Positions 37,613-47,749 of a stretch of 64,000 nt of DNA are shown here, piece by piece (within the stretch, counting starts at the first letter, position 1; the number at the start of each line of letters is the position of its first letter). The DNA comes from Trichosphaerium sp. ATCC 40318 (Eukaryota; Protista; Tubulinea). Both the position numbers and the translations under genes were made by a program. Below the pieces are notes generated by a model. The model was not told where the DNA came from. It made no database searches and saw only the letters and a list, made by a program, of their open reading frames with translations. The stretch covers positions 1 to 64,000 of the forward strand of contig JALMLS010000056.1 in assembly GCA_038496445.1 (NCBI GenBank), given 5' to 3'.

Positions 37613-38705
37613 TTAGTAGTAAGGAATCCAAGTTATGCCATATGCCTCAACGTATTCTTTTGTAATAAGGGTTTCATGACTCTCGAGTGTTTTGAGAGAA
37701 GTCAAGTGTTTCAAACAATCGTTTGTAATCGAAGAACAAAAAAAGAGTATCAAATGTTCAAGATTGATCAAATGCTTGAAAACAGAGTCTGTTACTTCAG
37801 AACAATTATTCAAACGTAACTTCTTGACATTGACCAATGATTTGAGTCCATCATCTGTTATTGATTGTCCTTTGAAAATAGTAACAGTGTGGACATTACC
37901 AAGGTGTTCGAACCACCAGTTTTCTGGGGACATTATTGTAATTTCATGTGCATCTTTGAGTGCCTTTATTCCTTTACCTCTAATATTCGGACAGTTCCAT
38001 ATATTAATTGTGTGTACACCCCTGAGTGCAGTTAATGAATCATCTGTTATCTTTGTGGAAGCCAAGTCAATGGTGTGAATGGTGTGCTTGCCTCCTTGTA
38101 CTAATGTAAGGATACCTGAGTCTGTAATGTTTGATTCTCTCAAACTTATTGATTTAACACCAGAAAGGCAACTCAACTCATCACGTGATAGATCCAACCA
38201 ACTACAATCAATTATTGTGTTTTTAAGAAACGGACTGCCTTTGAGGACGCTACATTCTGACGATTCTTTCAAATTGATTTCAAAAAGAGCCAATTTTATT
38301 GCGAATGATGTTATGTAATCACGTGAGAAACTGTAGATGCATTAATACGTTGTTTTTTGTTCAAATGGCGTAAAAGACGTTAATGTCTCTGGTGTCAAAT
38401 CGCCAAGTGATTTCTCTTGGTTGGCATGCACCAAACTACGTTTGCCTTGATAAACATACCAGCCTACAGGCTGTTATTTTACAAAACAAAGAAAAATGCA
38501 TCGATAGTGTTGATTTACCTAAACTCTGTAAGCAACAAAAGTGCCCATAATATCACAATAGTACCACTCATGTATGGTCCTAACCTTCGTCTTGGTTTGT
38601 TTGTAATAGCTGTCACTTACCACTATAAACGCTTTTTGGTACAGGCGTCATCATTTTCTGTTTGAAACGCATTTTATCTATTTTTCTCGACCCTTTGCTT
38701 CCCAT
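37613..38705 (-). CDS. Leucine-rich repeat protein (AMN1/F-box-LRR-like 'VHT' repeats); 5' exons uncertain, possible MGSKGS myristoylation start
   Basis: Uninterrupted exon of about 650 bp with repeats ITDDSLTALRGVHTINI, ITDDGLKSLVNVKKLRLNNCSEVTD; upstream ATG at 38705. Confidence 0.7.
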
Positions 38706-38723
38706 GCTTTACAACAAATGTTT

Positions 38724-38830
38724 TTGTTTAGCGAAAACTGAAACAATTCTTGTTGTTTAGCGAAAACTGAAACAAATTTAGCGAAAACTGAAACAATTCA
38801 GTTGTTGTTTAGCGAAAATTGAAACAATTC
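38724..38830. repeat. Four-copy tandem repeat TTTAGCGAAAACTGAAACAA
   Basis: Units start at 38727, 38756, 38777 and 38808 (the last has one mismatch), separated by 1-11 nt. Confidence 0.9.
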
Positions 38831-38972
38831 AAAGAAACCTAATTTTGTTGCACACGTGATTTATCTACCACAGAAGAAATATCAACACGGTTAAATAATT
38901 AAAAGAAATCAAAGAGATCTTCAAAATGTGGTAGGAAACTTATGAGAAAATCCTGATAGTGTCTTTATTTGT

Positions 38973-40929
38973 TTACTGTTTTTTCTGTAGTTCTGGACGT
39001 AAGTTATGTTCTTCATAGTAGACCTACACAAAGTTTTAAATTCCGGAATGTTTGCAACTTTACTGCACATACCCCACGCAAGTGCCTGTTGCCTGAAAAC
39101 GCATTACGGCCATGAAGCATCCTAAATTGACATGTTAATTTTTTATATCAGCCCAAACCAAAAAAAAAAGACGTACTTGTAGTTATCATAAACAACAAAC
39201 TCTCCTGGATTTAAATCACAACGATATTGATTTTCTGGATTACGAACAAGTCTAGTGAACTTGATATAAGCATCATACCATGTCTCAACGACACCCAAAG
39301 GCTTCTTCTAAAGAAACTGATAAGAGTCTTATCGATTTATGTGTATCAGATTTTGGTTACCAGTGGTGCCATTGTGAAGTACGAGTATCTGATTTGTTTC
39401 AACTCTCCATTATCATCAAGTGATATTATAGGTGCTACTTTTATACTTTCAAAGTTCTTCTGTTTACGATGAAATGTAATCTCTGTGTTTGCTAATACAT
39501 TCAAAGTATGTGGATCATTCTCTTTCAAATAAGAAACAACTAACAAGTATTAAAAACGCGGGTTAGAATCTAGCAAGCTGAGATAGTCACGTGATATTTT
39601 GGTAAGTTATAGTTTGCGAAGAAAGAAGGGCGAAGATTCTTAGGTTGTTACCTTTTCGAATATCAACGAACATATTATCTCCGCCTTTGTCTGCCTTGTT
39701 TATACAATGAAGCATCTGGAATCGCGGAGGGTTTTCAATAAACGGTTGATCAGTGTGTACATCAACAGAGTCATTGGTATATCCGAGTTGATCAGTGTTT
39801 CTAAGCAAAGTGGTAAGTACGAATAGGAAAGAAAATAAGGCGCAGAAAAAAAAAAAAAAACATCACAAGCGACCAGTGTGGTTGTATTTCCTTGCTTACG
39901 CGTTGGTTGTATTTTGTGAAAAATGCATCAAGTCCTCTATTACACCAAAGTGGCTTTTAAAAACCTTTTCTCTGCTCTCAACAAAATCTAGTCTGGGAGA
40001 TTCATTAATAAGTTATAGCATCACGTGATGTCTTTCGACGGTACATTATGGCTTCTGTATCAAGTCCTCTATTTTTAACAATAGCGATGCCATTGTTTCT
40101 TAAGTATTCGCCTACAAGCTCCTAACATAGAGTTACAAAGGTCTTAAAGTGAATAAATATATTACCTGATAGCGTGGATACTCTTTTGCTTTAAAGTCGA
40201 TTGTCTAATCTGCGTCAGAAGAACAAAAGTGCCTAAAAATCGCTTTTTTGAAGAAGATACTAACCACTGTTTTTGGGTCGCACTCTAAACTAGTCCCTCT
40301 TTGAGTGCTTGCATAGTTTGAAAGCCATTCCCAATTATACCTCGATTCGTGAGAATCGTTCCATATTATTGCTAAGCCGTCACTCTGCGCCTCAACTTTT
40401 TGCTAGAACAAAAGAAATAAACAATCACGTTCTATGGAAAAAAGGTAAAAAATAAAATACCGGTGATATATCCCTTCGGATATCAACTGGATCTATAATA
40501 CGCTCGCCAGTATCAGGGTGAAGATTCTTAGGGTTATTACAATTATGCCTATCTAAATTTAAAGGTGCCACGGCGGCGAAAAAGTAATCATAAGCGCTAC
40601 CTTAGCCAAGTGAAGTTAAAATTATAAGCACGTGTTGGATTGGTAGCTTTTTTAGGAGTCAGCGCTATGAATGATGGTTTTACTTTAATGTCTATATTGT
40701 TTGGTGCCATATCAACAAGAGCAGGGCCTTTAGAACCTATAAAAAAGATTACGGTTTTTGAACATTAACGGTTCAAAAAAGCTGTTCATCACATAAATTA
40801 CAATATGTAACGCGTACCTACTGTACTGTAACCAAACGCGCTGGTTCGTACTGTACTGTGTTTGCTAGAATTCGCCACAGATGTCCGTGCGTGGCTACAG
40901 CTAACGTAATAACGCGGAGCATTAAGCAT
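38973..40929 (-). CDS. Gamma-butyrobetaine/trimethyllysine dioxygenase-like (TauD family) 2OG-Fe(II) oxygenase, probably mitochondrial
   Basis: N-domain FTWLRHNC...HPDTGER; QLGYT..VDVHTDQPF.ENPPRFQMLHC...GGDNMFVD; DNYRMLHGRNAFSG.RHLRG.Y. An alternative in-frame ATG lies at 40977. Confidence 0.88.
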
Positions 40930-41180
40930 GATGAATTTGTGGTAACTGTGAGATACAATACAACTATAGCAACGCATGACTTGTCACGACCGGATAGTGT
41001 GAAAGCTACCAGCAACAGTGGACAGGTTGGAAAAGCGTGAAAGGAGTCTCCTTTCACATTTGTTGTAATTGAGCCTAAAAAGGCATTGGTTTTATTGTTG
41101 TTGACAGTGTTATACATTATTGGCGTTGTCAGGATGTTTTGACGTGATTGGTTGACTTTGAGCGTGTATTGGTCGCTAAA

Positions 41181-43630
41181 ATGTCTGTGGCGGCTAGAAT
41201 ATTACGTTGCAGGCGATCCAGAGGGTATTGGGATGATATTAGTAAACGCCATGAGTTTGTGGCTGAAGTATGTTATTTAACGTTCACCTTACGCTCACGT
41301 TACCCCAGTTGGCTCAAGACATGTCAATTAAAACGATGGACGCGTGGTACAAAATAAATATTGACAAAATTAGAGAGTACAGTGCTGGTAGCTTAGTACA
41401 GTGCGTTTTAAATACCCTACGCGCGTGTCAATTTATTTGACGCTCTATGAAGGTTATACGGCTACTCAATCCACAAGATGCTTCAACATCTCTACCCTTG
41501 GTACCCTTGGCAAGCTTGGCTATTTGGTAAGTTTATTGCTTGATTATTTCCTTTCGTTGGCTGACCTCTCAGAGCATACACCAAGAAATTGTTGGAAAGA
41601 TGTCGACACTATTTTTGAGTTTGTAAAGGAGGTAGTGGATTGCATTTCGTGTTTCCTTCTTTTTTGCTTACCCCAAGACGAGGTAGAAGCTGAATATAAC
41701 CTCAGAACACTTGATAGCTGGTATGACATTGAACCACATGATGTATTCGCTTTAGGAGGCACAGGGCTAATTACACAGTACGTTGGATAATTTAGTGTAC
41801 AAGCCTTATGTAAAGAATCATGACAAAGTAACAGGCGATTTCCTTCTCTTGTAGAATTTTTAAGGTTTGTTTATTCTGAACATGAATGGCTCCCTTGGAA
41901 ATTTAGTACGTATTTCTTGTTTTTAACGACATAACATGTACTTGGTACATATTTTTATTTATCTATTGCTGTAGAGTCAACGTTACAGATGTTCTGGAAT
42001 GATGAAAGAAATCAACTACAATTTTTACAGAAAGTGAGTAGAAAAAAACAAAGTTGTTTTTTTTGTTCTTCTTGGTGTACTCATGTATGGTCCTACACAA
42101 GGTATCGACACCTCTAGGTATAAGTGAGTTAAAGGATTGGTATCGTGTATCAAAAGAAGACTTTGCAAGGGTAGGAGGTGGTAATCTATTAAACCGGTAA
42201 GTGTTGTTCCTCCTTCATTGGATATTTTACTAAAAACTCGTATCTCTAGTTATGGTGGCTCGGTGTACAATATGTTAAAACATTTATATCCAAATACGAG
42301 ATGGTACAGATGGAGATTTGATTCTCACAAACGTGTATTGAAGAAAAGAACAACACAACCTTTTTGGGACGTCATATCTAACAGGCAAACATGGGTTAGA
42401 AACGTTAGTAATACAAGCGCACTTGACTTTATATCTTATGATTCTTTAAGGCTGAGGAGCAGTTACGAGTACAAGTACAGGATGATTGGTATTGCGTCCA
42501 TACACAAGAATTAATAGACTTGGGAGGCGGACAATTGCTCAAGTACATATTCTTACGTAACTTTTAATTCTCAGTTCCCAATGAAGCAACTACAGTGGTT
42601 CACTCTCAAAGCTTCTTCGGCGTCTATACCCAGAATATGAATGGCAACCATGGAAATTTTGTAAGTGCAAAAAACAGTCACGTGTTGGTAATGGTTGTTG
42701 ACTTTTTTGCTGTAGCCAGAGCTCCTCAGAATTTTTGGCACTCGCAATCAAATGTAAAAACATTTTTGCTCAGTTTAGAAAACAAACTGGATATAAAAAG
42801 CCCAATGAACTGGTATAGCATATCAAGGCGTCAACTAGAGTCTGTAGGAGCGAAATCAATACTTGATTATTGGCCAGCACCTCTAAGAGGAATGTATCCA
42901 AACTACAACTGGAACCTTCTTGAAATTTCTAAACGAGATAAAAGATCCATTCAGAGGTACATTTACTCCTCTGTCTTCGGGTTACACAGGTTCTAACTTG
43001 TATTCTTTCCATAGAGCTTTGCTTCACAGTGTAAAACAGCTTTGTTTTGGATACGTTGTTACACAAGAGTATAAACCTGGCGTATTAATGAGCGAGACTA
43101 CACAGCCTTTAACAGTAGATATTTTTGTTGAAGAGTTAAATTTAGGGTTGGAGTACCAAGGTGCTCAACACTACTTTGATAAGCCGGAAGCATTTGGACC
43201 AGTAATGCGCCAAGAAGCTATTGATACTGAGAAAGATACTTTATGCAGAGCCTTAGGTACCCCGATTAAATCCTCTCAAACGAATACAATCGAGCTTAAT
43301 TCACCTTGTAGGTATCACAATTGTGCCTATTCCTTTCTGGTGGATTCCAGGGGATATAGGTAGTTTAGGTGCAACTATAATGCAATTTAGGTACCTTTGT
43401 AAATAATTTAGCACGTGCACCGTGTACGAGGTTAACTTTTGGATTTAGGAGTGATCTGCATTTCGATGTTGCCGTAGGAAAACAGCCATTGAGACATCGC
43501 TCTGCTGAAGGTACTACCCTTATAGTTATTCGTTTTCTAAGCGCGCATATTTATAGAGCCCAACATGCATAAGTATATGAGCCCTTGTACAGAACCAACC
43601 ATGTCGTTGCGTTACAAACAAATACTGTAA
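41181..43630 (+). CDS. Five ~73-aa Trp-rich helical repeats plus a C-terminal PD-(D/E)xK (Vsr/DUF559/RAP-like) nuclease domain
   Basis: Repeat consensus FW....N...F......L.I....DWY.V.......GGG.LL..Y..S....L...YP...W..W.F; C-domain LTVDIFVEELNLGLEYQGAQHY...D.EK..LC...GITIVPIPFWW; Arg-rich N-terminus MSVAARILRCRRSR. Confidence 0.85.
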
Positions 43631-43906
43631 AATAAAAAACAACATTTATACATCTTGTATTTACACTGCCACAAAAAAGACTGACACCAAATGTAATACG
43701 TAAACCGCGTATAGACATAAAAGGTTATATTTTACTAAAATAATTTGAAGTTTTAAGAGCACTCTTTAATCAGTACAATTCGAGAATTTGACTTCCTTAT
43801 TAGTACCAAAACAAAAACTAGCTTTCATTGAACGACTTGGTTTAAGCTTGTAATTAAGTTCTGAATGTGGATTCAAACGAAAAGGAACAGGAGCAAACGT
43901 AGAAGA

Positions 43907-46694
43907 ATGGGACAAGAGAACTCAAGGCACCAAGAAGACGTAACAGGTTACAGATTAATTCGTTTGTTTTTTGATCAAAAGCTCACTGTTTGATAGGTAT
44001 TGTTGCTGCGACGCGAAGTGGAGACTTAGAGAAGATAAAGCAGCTACTCTCGTACTAATATAAAAGTTTTTTCAACTTCTTTACGTAATTATGCGTAGTG
44101 ATAATCCAGACGTACTCTGGGAAGACGTGCGCGGGGATAGAGGCAATTCTGTGTTACAATTGGCAATACTACTTGGTTTCAACGATTTAGCTTTAGAATT
44201 CATCGGATTGGGTAGATCTTGGCCTTCCAATAACCAGGTATTATAGCGTTGTTTATGTTGTCATCACGCCACCCGTTTGGTTGTGTTAACTGCCTAATTT
44301 GTTTTTAGGGCGCTTATCCTGTGCATACTGCAGCTGAAGTAGGCAACGTAGAGATACTACGGCTTCTTTTAGCAAACATGGATGAAAAACAAGCAGAACA
44401 CCAATTAAACGCGCGAACAGTTCATGGTAGTACACCACTACGCCTCGTACGCATTTTCTGCAAAATTTAACGAAAACTGCGTAACGGGCAAAATTTTCCG
44501 CGACTGTACACCGCGTTACGCAGTAAATTATAACGTCATAGACGGTTTGTAACGTCATAACGTCATAACGTCATTCTCCGCTTTTTAATGATTGATAGTC
44601 AGTTGAACACGAAGCGTGCTTTCTTATGCTGTCTGATGTGTTTGCACAACAAGATTTTGAATTAAAGGTAAGGAAAGGAAGTTCTGTTAATACGTACTTT
44701 ACCATTTTCTTTGTTCTTCTTGAAAAAGTAATAATTTGTGTTTTTAGGATGCTATTGGAGACAGTGTTCTTACAACACTTGTTACAAAGAATAAAATATC
44801 TTTACTGAAAGCATATTTACAAAGGAAACCAGAAATTGATCATGCTGATGTTGAGACGGGGGAGACTGCTGTTGTTGTTGCAACACAGATGGGTCATGAA
44901 GAGTGTCTAAAGTTACTACTTGAAGCAGGAGCTGACGCAAACATGGTAACTAATGATGGTATGGTGTAGTTCTTTTTACTGCAATCGCGATTTTTGCGAT
45001 CCCCAACTTAAGTGGATTGTCAACCCACCGGCTTCTGTCTCATTTTTTTTTAGGCTACCATCCTCTTCATCTTGCTTTACAACGTCTTGAGTACGGTTGT
45101 TTTAGAATATTATTGGAGCATGGTAAGGAGATTACACCTGTTGTATCAACAGTATCAGGTGACTTACCAATGCACTTACTTTTAAAGAGTTGGAATACTG
45201 AAGATGACGTATGGAATTGTTTTTTTATTGATTCTTTCTTATTCTGGATAGGTTGATATGTCACTTGTTGAAACACTTATTTCTATGGAAGTACTTGATG
45301 TGACTCCAAGGAAAACATACACAGAAGGAAAAAATCAGAAAGTTTATTGTTGGAGTTTACTAAGGAAAAATCAATCAAACGAAACGCCGGTATGAGTTTG
45401 TGAAATGTCACATTCTTTTCATCTTTTCTAAAGTTCAATTTAGATTAGTCTATCTCATTCTTTCCCAAGTATAAAGAAGATTTTCTTAGATCACCTTCCC
45501 CAAGGTTATGAAGATATAAACTTGCTGCGTATACAAGTAACAAGTGGTAAGGACCTGTCCAAGAATTATTATCAAATGTTAACTTGTATATCCAAAGATA
45601 TACACTTGGAGTTTGGTCCAGCTGATGAGTTACTAAAACCTTCAGCTCCTTACTTGGCTTTACTTGGGGATATTGGACTCGTATGTGCTAATGAAAAGCA
45701 AACCAAACAGTATGAGGAGCTCATCGATAACACAGCTGCCAAGTTCAAGAAAGTATTTGTTTTGGCCGGTAAGCCTTAATTTTTCCCTCTATTCTTTTAC
45801 TTGTACTCATAATAAACAAGGTAACCACGAATATTATCATGGTGACTTGGATGAAGTAAATAATGTCATTCGTTCTATATGCGAAAAATATGAGAACGTT
45901 GTTTTTCTTCAACGAAATAGTTTTGAAATTGAGGGTAAAACAAAAAAAAACCAATTGAATTCGATGTTTTCAACTAATACCCGTTTTAGGTGTACGTATT
46001 ATAGGATCAACTTTATGGACATATATTCCTGAGAAATCTAGACAGTATTTACAGTATGCAATGAACGATTACAATTGCATAAAAACCAAAGACGAAGGTA
46101 AGAAATTTAGACCTTTCTTTTTTTTCAGATGAATTTTTGTTGCTTGTCCATGATTTTCTTGATGTATTTTAAACTAGCGCGCTTGGTATTAACAAAGGTT
46201 TTTAGAACGAGTTGCTATAAGCCTCAGTCCTGAACATACTATTAAACTACATGAAGAAGACGTAGCTTATTTTAAAGAGGAGATTAAAAAAGCGGCAGAT
46301 GCAAATCAACATGTTATAGCAATGTCACATCATGCGCCTATCACAAAGTTTGGATTTATACAACCAAAAGACGCACCTATAAAAAGTGCTAACGGGTACA
46401 CATCGAAATAATTGCTTTCTAGAAACCAACATCTTATTGTTTTCATAGTACTGACCTTATGCATTTGATGGGTGATAATGTAAAGGCATGGCTTTATGGT
46501 ACGTTTTTGCTAAAAAGTTTTACTGATAAGAGCATGTTCTTGTTAATGTCTCGTTTTAAGGGCACACGCATATGTTTCATGATGGTGTACATAGTGGCAC
46601 ACGTATTGTTACAAACCCTCATGGATACACTACAGAGACTCTTGCTTATCGTAACGATTATGTTGTAGAAATACCGCTTTACAAACAACCTTGA
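43907..46694 (+). CDS. Ankyrin-repeat plus calcineurin-like metallophosphoesterase fusion, N-myristoylation motif MGQENS
   Basis: Ankyrin repeats GAYPVHTAAEVGNVEILRLLL, GETAVVVATQMGHEECLKLLLEAGADAN, GYHPLHLAL; MPP motifs SDIHLE, LGDIG, AGNHEYY, SHHAP, YGHTH, TNPHGY all present. Confidence 0.85.
44531..44574. repeat. Intronic TAACGTCA octamer cluster (CRE-like)
   Basis: Four copies, three of them in direct tandem (TAACGTCATAACGTCATAACGTCAT). Confidence 0.7.
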
Positions 46695-46749
46695 TTCACT
46701 GCACAAAAATAATTTCATTCACTCCACACCACTACACAAAATGGTTCAT

Positions 46750-47359
46750 TGATTTACATGAACTTTGCTCGACGTCATTTTTGGAGCACCATAATCCATA
46801 GCTGTTCTTTGCGTGCGATAAACATACAAGGTTTTTATGGTGCCTTAGTTAGACCGTGATTTCTTCAGAATCACGTGCTTGTATTATTGAATAAACAAAA
46901 AACAATAGAATACCTTGTGATCTTCATACGGTTACCTTTGCTTTATGCAACATAAAAAACCCACACAGCGAAACAACATAGGCCCCAAGTACCGAAAAAA
47001 CACCCGAAAGAGTCACAACAAAATAGTCCACGAAAGCAAAAGTTTGTTTACAAGGAGTACTAAATTACATAGCTTACAGAATAGAAAGACATATCTTGGT
47101 GGTTGTGTTACTTCATGAGGGTTCTTTTGTTTTTACATTCATTTGTCTTCGTTGGAGTACTCGCCAGACATAGCTATCTGTTGTTTTGCTTTTAAACTAC
47201 CTATTAAACGAATGAGCTCAGTTTTGACAAAGTAGAATTTGCTGTACGTGACATAAAGTAGAACGTTACGCCTACAACACCTATTACTGCCCAGCTTATG
47301 TTGTTAAATCTCCAAACGGCTTCGTAAAACTGCCGAGAATTCGCATCCATCTTACTCAT
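46750..47359 (-). CDS. Possible small multi-exon membrane protein
   Basis: MSKMDANSRQFYEAVWRFNNISWAVIGVVGVTFYFMS and a second hydrophobic segment FVVTLSGVFSVLGAYVVSLCGFFML can be joined through short introns and a 12-nt micro-exon; 3' end unresolved. Confidence 0.3.
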
Positions 47360-47749
47360 GCCCCATCTATCTTTTATTAGCATTTTATAGCGTATGGAAC
47401 ATGATTTAAGGCTTTTACAAAGCTAAGGCAACGTACCGCCTTTCAAAGATGGCTGGTGGTTTTTTGGCTATCTCATCTAGCGCTTTGACGAAATTAAACG
47501 GTTTTTTTTGTTTGTTCGGATCCATTGTTAAATATTAGCCACGGTGCGTATGAACTAATGTGCGGTCGTGTGGGTTTGATAAACAACGCAATAAGAAACA
47601 CCGGAAGAAAAAGTCGCAAACGGTCGTTTTTGATGCAGCGTAGATACCAGTATTAACACGTACCAATGCTCCTAGCCAAATATTGATTAAGACGCGCAGT
47701 ACAAGACTGAATATACTCAAACTGGTTCCCAATCAACAAGATTACATTA

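Noticed and set aside
38724-38830. CRISPR-like repeat array
   Set aside because: Spacers are only 1-11 nt, there are no cas genes, and the context is eukaryotic.
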